DNA of 64,000 nucleotides from Amoeboaphelidium occidentale (Eukaryota): NCBI GenBank assembly GCA_023515795.1, contig JALGPX010000055.1, positions 1 to 64,000 of the forward strand, read 5' to 3'. Shown piece by piece: positions 54,943 to 64,000 of this stretch (position 1 is its first letter; each line of letters starts with the position of its first letter). The notes under the pieces were generated by a model. It saw only the letters and a program-made list of their open reading frames with translations, ran no database searches and was not told where the DNA came from. The position numbers and the translations under genes were made by a program.

Positions 54943-55602
54943 TTATTTCCATTCAGTTTTGCAATACTTCCTATGTGTTTCAAGTAAGATTTTCTGACGA
55001 TCCGTATTTGTGATGATATAATGCAGGATTTTGAAAGAAATCGATACGACCAATAGATGCAAATGGGTTGTATGTAATATCCAGGAACTCAGTGTGTGGT
55101 AGCCTGAGGATTCTCGTGATAGCACCGTTCAGCATTTTCTTCAAAGATGATACAACACCATGAAATCGATTCCATGAGAGGTTCACCATGTTGCAATTAA
55201 GCATCTTCATAAGAAGATCAGCAACATCATCCATACCTTCATCATGTAAACCACACTTAGAAATCTGAAACCATTTTATATTTTTGCATTCAGTAGGGTA
55301 ATAATCGTAAATGTCAGACAGGTGATAACATCCAAATATCGTATGACGAGATGAANNNNNNNNNNNNNNNNNNNNNGTAAACCACACTTAGAAATCTGAA
55401 ACCATTTTACATTTTTGCATTCAGTAGGGTAATAATCGTAAATGTCAGACAGGTGATAACATCCAAATATCGTATGACGAGATGAACATAACTTTTTAGC
55501 GACAAAAACTAACCCTTTTTGAAAAATACAACCGTTATCGTCCATCAATTCCTTCACCGCCTGTTTAGTATTTAATTCGGCTAAAGAAAGCAACTTCTGC
55601 AA
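54943..55602 (-). pseudogene. Degenerate LRR-like ORF fragment spanning an assembly gap
   Basis: ISKCGLHDEG, VNLSWNRFHG, LDITYNPFAS LRR-like units; no clean ATG start, C-terminus appears to change frame. Confidence 0.4.
55246..55486. repeat. 110-bp direct duplication (55246-55355 and 55377-55486) flanking an N gap, one substitution
   Basis: Directly visible; ttttaTa versus ttttaCa. Confidence 0.9.
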
Positions 55603-55953
55603 CGTCTCCCTTTAGAAAGCGTGTGCTAGAAAGCGCTTATTATCTGGAACACATTCAGTATTTTCGCGCCGAGAACAGGGATTTTAAATCTGCTAAAACT
55701 ACATTCTCATAGAATGGCGCCAATATATGAAATCTGCCTGTGCACTGATCTGTCACAGAGTCTTTGTGACAAGCGATGCTATTTTAAACTGAACTGTTTC
55801 AGACTTCCAAAGATCTTGTCAGACATCCTTATATACAACCAATATATCACGCGCTTACCCTGTCTCAAACTGAGAACGGAATAATTATGAAACCACCGCA
55901 GCAACCTCCTATCAAACCTGCTCGATTGTGGTTGCACAAATCTTTTCCACACA

Positions 55954-56925
55954 ATGTCATCTGCAGTAGAGATTTTATCGTTTGTATTCGGCTGGATTTA
56001 CACTATCACGTGGTCATTATCATTTTACCCTCAGATATACCTCAACTTCAAGCGTGGAAGCACGAAAGGCTTAAGCAGCGATTACGTTCTGAACAATATG
56101 CTCGGATTTACCTGTTACGCTCTCTACAATATTGTCTTTTACTTTGATAAGGGCGTAAGGAAAGAGTATTTTGATATTTACGGCAAATGGCCTCTGGTGG
56201 AATTGAATGATGTCATATTGGTTTGCCATCTGTTCGTGCTCTCGCTAATCATTGTTTGGCAAGGATCCCGTAATGGCGCATACAAGCATTGGCTACCTAA
56301 ACTCAAAAGAGGCCAGAATGGGTACAATATAGTCGCCGATGAGGATGTTAATGTGGATGCTGGGGCATCGTCAATGCGCTGTGACTCTTTCGATACGCTT
56401 CACCAGAAGGATGATAACAACGTCGATAAATTGTTCGACCAGACAGAAAAGGCATCATCTAATGAAGATGTTTATGCTCTTACATGGCCTTCGCTCGTGT
56501 TCTTTTGCTCCAGCGTTTTCGGTTTAGTTCTCGCGACAATCTTGGCGTCATCAAAAGCCATCTCCTGGTTAGACTGGTTGTATTATCTCTTTATTGTTAA
56601 AGTTTCTGCTACACTGTGCAAGTGTGTACCTCAAATCTATATGAACTACAAACTTAAATCGACTATTGGGTACTCCATTTTCAATGTTTTACTTGATTTC
56701 TCTGGTGGCCTGTGCTCATTAGTTCAAATGGTTCTTGACGCGTATATCACTCAGCACTGGGAAGGCATTTATGGTAATCCTTTAAAGAGTGGTCTTGGTA
56801 TTGTGTCAATTTTGCTAGACATTATCTACATGTTGCAACATTACGTTTGGTACAGAGGCAACGATCCATTCGTATTACAAGAATCTTCAAAAGAAACATC
56901 TCGAGATAAAGACTTTGATGCTTAA
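55954..56925 (+). CDS. Cystinosin / Ers1 PQ-loop lysosomal transporter
   Basis: GWIY...WSLSFYPQIYLNFKR.ST.GLS.D, KCVPQIYMNY..KSTIG.SI.NVLLDFSGG, QHYVWY. Confidence 0.93.
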   Translation: MSSAVEILSFVFGWIYTITWSLSFYPQIYLNFKRGSTKGLSSDYVLNNMLGFTCYALYNIVFYFDKGVRKEYFDIYGKWPLVELNDVILVCHLFVLSLIIVWQGSRNGAYKHWLPKLKRGQNGYNIVADEDVNVDAGASSMRCDSFDTLHQKDDNNVDKLFDQTEKASSNEDVYALTWPSLVFFCSSVFGLVLATILASSKAISWLDWLYYLFIVKVSATLCKCVPQIYMNYKLKSTIGYSIFNVLLDFSGGLCSLVQMVLDAYITQHWEGIYGNPLKSGLGIVSILLDIIYMLQHYVWYRGNDPFVLQESSKETSRDKDFDA

Positions 56926-56968
56926 TAGATGATACGCTTTGAGTCTTTTCTTTATTCGACTCCAATCT

Positions 56969-57514
56969 ATGATCAACTTGATTCCAAGATTTACAACACG
57001 AACGCATTCATTGAACGCCTTCAACCTGCGTAACGCTCAGCCACAACGATCATTAGTCATTCTGCCGTACAACCATCCATTTGAGTATTTCAAGAAGGAC
57101 TATCAACCGCGGAATGATTTAAGGATTGTTCATCCAGAACCTTTCGAATCGACTAAGAAGACGCCTTTGTATTTCCAAATCACCTTAAAGCGTTCTATTA
57201 TCGGAATGCACTGGCAGAAGAGGTACTGGTTGGGTGTGCTATTTAAGAAGTTTTCGCCTTTGAAGCGATTAAGGCCAAGACTTGTTCGACCTAAAGTATC
57301 TGTGAACACGGTGATATTCAGAGAAGCCACTCCAGACGTGATGGATTTGATATTAGAGTCAAAGGAAGCATTGGCTGTTAAGAATATTTGGACAGAAGAA
57401 GAATATCGCGAAATTGGTAGAAAGCTCTTGAAGGCTAAAGCTTTGACGGATGACGAATTGCAGGTTCGACGTGGCTATTATAAGTCTGGAAGTCTTGTGA
57501 ATAAAACATTCTGA
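56969..57514 (+). CDS. Mitochondrial ribosomal protein uL30m-like
   Basis: Presequence-like N-terminus; YFQITLKRSIIG...TVIFREATP.V...I..SKEAL.V resembles yeast Mrpl33/uL30. Confidence 0.6.
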   Translation: MINLIPRFTTRTHSLNAFNLRNAQPQRSLVILPYNHPFEYFKKDYQPRNDLRIVHPEPFESTKKTPLYFQITLKRSIIGMHWQKRYWLGVLFKKFSPLKRLRPRLVRPKVSVNTVIFREATPDVMDLILESKEALAVKNIWTEEEYREIGRKLLKAKALTDDELQVRRGYYKSGSLVNKTF

Positions 57515-57520
57515 AATTCC

Positions 57521-58957
57521 CTATATTCTACTAATATCTCGTCCGAATATCCACGAAAGGAACCAGAACATTGGAATCAATATCTTGTTCTTTGTGGAGA
57601 CGGTCATGGTGAAATAAGCAGACCGCCAGAAAAGCCAGGCTGCGGTACCACTCCCTGTTGCTTGTGCACTCTTTAAGTCTACCACAGCAGACCAATTACC
57701 TACGTAAGCCATCGAGCCTCTATCAAAGAAATTGAAAGGTTTCACAATATCTGTTAGATTCTTCTCTGGCTGTTTTGCATGTTTCTGAAAGAGAGTTGCC
57801 AGATACTGTCCTTGCTGAGCTGCGACTTGTGCAGTAGCTGGTAGAGGTTGTGATTTCATGTAAGAACAGTCTCCCAGTGCAAAAACTCCATCAAGTGCTT
57901 TACCATCTTTGTTTTGAACTCTAAAGAACTGATCCACTATGAGTTGATGTGAAGCTGTCTTATTGATACCATTAAACGAGTCTGACTTAATGAGAGGATT
58001 AGGAGAAAGCCCAGTTGACCAAACAAGCAGCCCAAATGGCACTTTAGTTCCATCATGAAGGATTAAATGATCTTCAGCGACTTCAACGACTTTTGTGTTC
58101 AACTTCAACTTAATGCCTTTCCTTTGAAATACATTCATGGCGTATTCACTTAGACTCTCATCAAAAGAAGAAAGAATCTTTGATGATACATCGTAAACAG
58201 TCATTGTTACCATATTAGCCAAATCTGGGTACAATCGCAACATATCTTCCGTCACAAAGTCGTGTAACTCAGCAGAGAATTCTAGACAATTAATTCGATC
58301 GCTATGAAACATCACCGATTCCTGTAGGGCCTCCGCCAACCACGACAAAGCTCAACAGTTCCCATTTCTCCGCTTCAGATACGTTTGGCTGGGAAGCCTT
58401 TTCGAAACATTCAATGACCTTTCCACGGATTTTCTTGGCATCGCTAATATCTTTCAAAAAGAACGCATTCTCTTGTACACCAGGAATATTGAACGTGTTA
58501 GTAACAGCGCCACATGCGATTACCAACTTATCGTAACTTAAACTGAATTCTCCATCAGGATCTCCTTGCTTAGCAAGAACAGAGTTACACTTCAAAGTCT
58601 TGCTGTTAAAGTCAATAGCATCACATCGAGCCTCATAAACTTCCACATCCTTCGCATGATATCTGATAGGCTCCGTAATACAGCGGAATTCCAGAGTGCC
58701 AACAGCCGTAGAAGCGAGCAAAGGTGTAAAGACATAATAATTCCTTGGTGAAACAACTACAACATCGTAGAATTTACGATTTAACTTTTGCAAGAAACGA
58801 AAGCCTTTGAGAAGTTAGTTTGTACTGCTGATAAGTTGCCTCCCCATCCTGAGCCTAAAATGACCAGCCTGCCCTGCGATTTTGTTACTGTTTGGATCTG
58901 CCTGCTTATCAACTTGATCATTGAACAGTCTGAAAAATTATGCAGGCAAACGCTCAT
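57521..58957 (-). CDS. Type II (alternative) NADH dehydrogenase; introns 58805-58839 (GC-AG) and 58282-58315; start 58957 or 58921
   Basis: LVILGSGWG|GFRFL, VVSPRNYYVFTPLL, VVGGGPTGI|EFSAE, FALGDC, LPATAQVAAQQG, WIFGRDISR. Confidence 0.95.
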
Positions 58958-58989
58958 ATATTCAATAAAAGCAAACGTAAAAATAGCAA

Positions 58990-61900
58990 TTAATTAGTTT
59001 CTCCAAGTCTGGTTTGTCCAGCTTCTCTTGCAGCTCTCGGATCTTCAAGCCGTTTGATTTTGACGTCTTTACCAAAATCTTTCAAATTGTTCATAGCTTG
59101 AGGAGTGATCAAAATATGCTGAGTTTCAGGTGCACCACGAGCAGTATCAATAATCAAACTCACAGCAATCTTACGATTAACGCTATCCATAAATACATCA
59201 AACTCATCAAGGCCTCTAATTTTACAGGACATTGCTTCCCATAAAGACAACAGCAAACAGATGGTAGAGAACGATTTCTCTCCACCAGATAAATTACGAG
59301 CATCTTTCGCACCTTGAACAACTTCATGCGTATTTTCTTTTTCTTTCTTGCTCTTCTTTCCAAAGTAACTATCCAATCTTCTCTGAGGATTCTTGACTTC
59401 CTCGACTTTAACAGTTCTCACTTTCACTTCAAGCTTCTTATTCTCATGATCAAATATCAAATTACCATCATAATTTCTCTTTTGCAACAAATTGCGGAAA
59501 TGTTGAGCAGCTCTAACTGAAATCAATTTCCTGAATTTGTCCCATTTTTTCCTTCTCTCCACCAAGCCTTGCTCTGCAATTTGAACATAATCAACGCCAG
59601 CATTGAATTCAGTAACTGCCTTTTCGTATCTTTCATTCTTTTCATTAAAATCAAGACTTGCCTCTTCAAATGACCCAATATTTTCTTCACTTTGCGCGAG
59701 ACGTGCTTGCATGCGGTGAAGCTTAGTGGCAATTTTGGTTGTTGCATCAGCACCTCTAAACTCCAATTGGTCTTTTTCTACTACCTCTCCATCACAGAAG
59801 TCGAAAGCTTTATCGTACAAGTCCTTACAAGTTTTTGAAAATTCCTCGTATTTCATACTTGCAACTTCACAGTCATTGCGATACTCAGCCATTTTTGAAT
59901 TGTAATATTGCAACTCATCCTTACACCTGTTGCGGGCAATTTTCAGGGAATCATACTGTGTATTCACATCTTTAAACTTGTTCTTTTCTTCTTCAAGTTC
60001 TTCACTACATTTGTTCATCTCGCCAGACAACTCGTTGTATCTAGCAATAGCTTCTTGTATCTTCGGGGCCAACTCACGCAAAGAATGTTCAATGAGCTTC
60101 ATTTTCTCTTCACACTGTTGCGTTCTTGCATGAAACTCCATAACAATGTGTCCTTCTTGTGATTCTTGGATCACTTGTTCAATTACAGAAATCTCGTTCT
60201 CATATTCATCAATCTTTTCTTCAAGATTTCTAATTTGGTGGAGAGCATTTTGAGATATAGCTTCCAGATTTGTTATTGTTTGTTTTACATTCTCATACTC
60301 TTGCTTTGCTTGACTGTATATCTCTTGAAATTTTCGAAGTTCAGTTTCATATTGGAGCTTGTCATCAAAAAGAGTCTGCTCGTAATCAACCTTGTTCTTG
60401 ATACATTTGCCGAAGCTGAATTGCGCACCTGTACGTTTCATAGCAAAATTAGCACCTCCTCTTCCACCTGCATTTCCAATCTTGTTTGCGTTCATGTCAT
60501 AGCAGGCCATAACATTACGTGGTTTCGTTGACATGACACGTTCACCAATAATTCTTTCGCTAACAACGATAACAGACTCAACTCTGAAAAGATTGACAAA
60601 CAATTGCTTGACTAAATCATCCTCAAACTGAAACAAGTCAATCATTGGTGTGTAATCATTAGATTTCGGTGGCAGTCCTCGAGAATAATCAAAATTAGGA
60701 TCCTTTTGCGTGCAGTATATATCGTAAAAGCGAGGATTTGCTCCTGGCGGCGCATCAAAATGATAGCCAGATTGAATACACAGTTTTCTCAAAGTTTCAA
60801 CATCCCGCTGGTCTGACACCACAAAGCTCAAAGCTGCAGTAGGATTTATATGAGCATCAATCGCATCAATGTACTTGTTGTTCTTCAATGAAAGATATTG
60901 CCCTAAAGGACCTACAGGTTTCATACCTTTGAAAGCTCCACGAAGACTTTCTCTATCTATCATGTCAACCAATTTTGACGCATGGCGGTGAAGTGCGACA
61001 AGCCTGTTGAATGTAGAAGATTGCAATTGCTGAATTCTCCGGTTTGCTTCTCTCAAATTATAATCAATACCGCTCAACTCGTGTTCACAGCGTCCGCAAC
61101 TCGACTCTAACGCTCCCAATTTTATCTGTAATTCTCCATTTCTCAGCTGATGATTAGCTTCTTCTAGCTCATGCTTAATCTTTTTTATATCCGAGTGGGC
61201 ATCTTTGATTTTGCTATCTAATGCTACTTTCCTCTTTTCATTTTCTCCAACATCATGTTGAGCAAGATACTTATTCAAGTCACTTTCAATTTTCCTCGAT
61301 TCAGCCATACAATCGTTTCTTTCCTTTTTCTTCTCGTCTATCTCTCCTTGAATGGCATCTTTTTCAATAACAACTTCCATCCTTTTCTTTTCAAGATTTT
61401 GCTTCTTATGATTTATGGGCAAATAGACCTTTTCTTCTTGATCTTCCAGGATCTTTTCCTTCTCTGCAATTTCGCGTTCGATATTGTTAAATTCATTTTC
61501 TTTCTCTTTAATTTTTGCTGTTGCCTTGGAGATTTTTTCCAGTAACAAATCTCTAGTTTCTTTGGCATCATCCAACTCCCTTTCCTTATCATAATACTGA
61601 GACCAAGCAATTTGTTTCTTGAGTGCGCCAATTTGCTGCTCGACATCCATAACATTCTCAAATCGTTTCAACTTCTTCTTTGCTAAATCTCTCACTTCTT
61701 TCATTGAAGGAATTTCTTCCTCTTGTTCTTTAAGTGCTTTCTTCATTACTTTCAAAGAGGCATGTGTACTGTTATAATCATCCTGCAATTGTTCTAATTG
61801 AGTTCCCTTCATAAATAGCTTGTAGCGCTCTTCAGGTGACGATGACGCTAGAAACTCTTTAGCAGCATCTTGAGACAAAATCAACACAGGATTATCGGGC

Positions 61901-62583
61901 TGAATGGCCATATGATCACAGAGTTGGGCCAACTCTTCCTTCTTCTTGGAAACAATATGACCATGCTCGTTTTTGATCATGTAAGAACCACCACCTTCTT
62001 TCGATATCTTTCGGATGACCCAAATGTAATCACCATACTCGGAATGCTTAAAAGAATCAACACCTCTGTTTCTGATCTTCAAACGTATCTCTGCTTGATG
62101 CGCACCATTCTTTACCAGACATTTCAACGAGTTGCCACGCTGAGTCGATGTCGCTTTACCGCCCAAGCCGATGGTAATCGCAGTCAGAATCGCGCTCTTT
62201 CCGGAACCATTCTGCCCAATGATAAAATTAATCTTTGGACCAAAATCCATCTCGAACTTTGCATGGCACATAAAGTTCACCAACTCAATGCGTTCAATGA
62301 TTCCGTACTCAGCCTCCTAAGAGTATAAAGTAAGCCATACAACACTGAACCAAATATACCTCATCCATAGCAGTGTCAGAATCATTATCCTGAATATCAC
62401 TATGATTATTGTGCTGAAACATTAGTTGGAACCTAAACAGACATCTAAACAAACCTTGATCCTTGTTATCTTATGGTCTCGCTCGCTATCATGGCTCGAG
62501 TCCTCCTGAACAAATTCAAGCTTTCTCTTTCCGAGCATTTTATCAGGCTCAGCTTCAGGAGAAGAAGACGAATTGGAAGACAT
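58990..62583 (-). CDS. SMC6: Structural maintenance of chromosomes protein 6; introns 62414-62454 and 62317-62359
   Basis: GIIERIELVNFMCH, INFIIGQNGSGKSAILTA, LSGGEKSFST..LLLSLW, LDEFDVFMD, ILITPQ. Confidence 0.95.
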
Positions 62584-62768
62584 TACAGCTGATGACCCTT
62601 TTGTAATTGTTTTTCTGGTCTTTTCAAAGTTGAAACATGTTTGAATGTGTTTGGGGACGAATGAAAACAATGCTAGCGGAAGCCCTGAATGCACAAGCCC
62701 AATTATCGCCCCCCCCTTTAAAATGCGCGCACACACAATTATCATCATCCTGATAAGAAGATTTCACT

Positions 62769-63349
62769 TTATTTCTTTCCGCCCTTCTTTGCTACTTTAG
62801 ATGCGGTCTTTTGAGTAGATGAGGTCTTCTGTGCTGGCTTTGATGCTTCCTTCTTCTTCTTAAGCTCCTTAGCCTTCTGAATAGCAGCATCACGAACAGC
62901 CTTCTTTTCTTCAGGCTTCATGCTTCTCTGTTCTTTGATCTTTTCCAAAGTTGCGCCGACAATTCCACGCTGATGTTTGACATTACGACGAGTGCGCTTC
63001 TTTGCGACTGAAAAATTAGACGATTTTTAAATGGCCAAATAGGAACGAACCTTCTTCGGTGATGCCCTTCTTGTGCTGCTTACGGAACACAACAGTCCAG
63101 TGGATTTTACGTGGATTCTTTCTTTGCAACAATAGACTCTCAGCCTTTCCATTGATCAGACGGAATACCTACGAACAGATTATAAATTAATTCGTTCTCG
63201 TTTTGGGGCAATCAAATTCATACCCTGCTGTCTTGTCTAACAAACACTTTTCCACGTCCTGGATAAATCTTTTGTCCGGAAAAAGAACAGATCTCTAATC
63301 TAATAATGTTAATTGGGTTTCTTCTTCAAATGTATGCGTCTTACTTCAT
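62769..63349 (-). CDS. RPL24: 60S ribosomal protein L24 (eL24); introns 63300-63344, 63169-63223, 63008-63050
   Basis: Spliced [85 protein letters not shown]...; absent from ORF track. Confidence 0.95.
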
Positions 63350-63768
63350 CGCGGTAACTGAGAAGAAAATTTTTGATTTGCTTGGGTCGATCATTCGGTT
63401 CGGTTGATTCAGGGCGCGCGAGATGTTTCGAGTAAAGCTTCCTGAGTCTGTGTCGCTTGAGTATTTAATGTGGATGTCCTTGTGCTGTAGACAGGGTTGA
63501 AGCTCTTAAGTGGTGTTATGCCCAATGCGCAGGCGATTGTGTGATTTAAGGTTTCGCGAACAAAGTACATATTCGGCCCTGTGTGGGATCCGATGCCACA
63601 CATTCTTGCAAACTATTACGCTCCACAACCCTTTAAAAAACTTATTTAACAGTATCAAATGGATGATCGCATAAACGAATCTAACGAAATGGTCGACGCC
63701 TTGCGATTCGCCGCCGCCAGTTTTTTGTCAGGTTTTCCGATCGGTGTACAAAGAATCGCAATTACATC

Positions 63769-64000
63769 ATGTGGATACGCTTAACTGTTCTGGTATCTCT
63801 GCTTCTGCATTTTGTATCAGGCAAGGATGGTTCTATACATGAGCCTGGTTACTGTGTGTTCCGTGATCAGGGGAAAATGAAGAGAAGTACAAAGCCGATA
63901 GCTAGCAACACATTGGCTCCCGAGCTGGAGGTTGGTTCATCGCTTTATCAGAAAATTCAGAACTTGTGTGGTCCATCAGCTGCTGATATACTAAAGCCAA
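63769..64000 (+). CDS. 5' part of a secreted or membrane protein, NPC1/Ncr1-like N-terminus (runs off window)
   Basis: MWIRLTVLVSLLLHFVSG signal then HEPGYCVFRD...NTLAP...IQNLCG, resembling the start of fungal/plant NPC1. Confidence 0.5.
   Translation, partial: MWIRLTVLVSLLLHFVSGKDGSIHEPGYCVFRDQGKMKRSTKPIASNTLAPELEVGSSLYQKIQNLCGPSAADILKP

Noticed and set aside
58990..62283. Numerous plus-strand ORFs inside SMC6 and other long genes
   Set aside because: Antisense or alternate-frame shadows without motifs
1..64000. Alternative genetic code or stop readthrough
   Set aside because: Conserved genes end at TAA, TAG and TGA at expected positions and all breaks are explained by introns

Overview
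Eukaryotic nuclear DNA from a very compact, gene-dense genome using the standard genetic code. Introns are spliceosomal and tiny (34-55 nt, one 260-nt exception). The gene set (NDT80-family, SKN7, Opi1, PHO87-type SPX transporter, MGM1, plus TRIC channel and signal peptide peptidase) points to an early-diverging fungus or fungal relative; this is inference. About 40 protein-coding genes can be read. Some are missing from or split in the ORF track and were rebuilt by hand through introns (RPS29, LSM7, TRIC, SUCLG1, NAA50, SNF4, Argonaute, NDH-2, SMC6, RPL24); a partial NPC1-like ORF runs off the right edge. Most notable: (1) a secreted orphan with the R-H-STS-E signature of cholera/pertussis-type ADP-ribosyltransferase toxins; (2) an F-box protein that appears to fuse a plant At4g00755-type domain to a clathrin heavy-chain linker-like segment; (3) 3 of 20 reconstructed introns need GC donors; (4) a long RPS29 intron whose ends base-pair to mimic a short intron; (5) a possible heterozygous TAA-target transposon insertion in NAA50, partly hidden in an assembly gap. 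All homology calls are by motif recognition and no database search was run.
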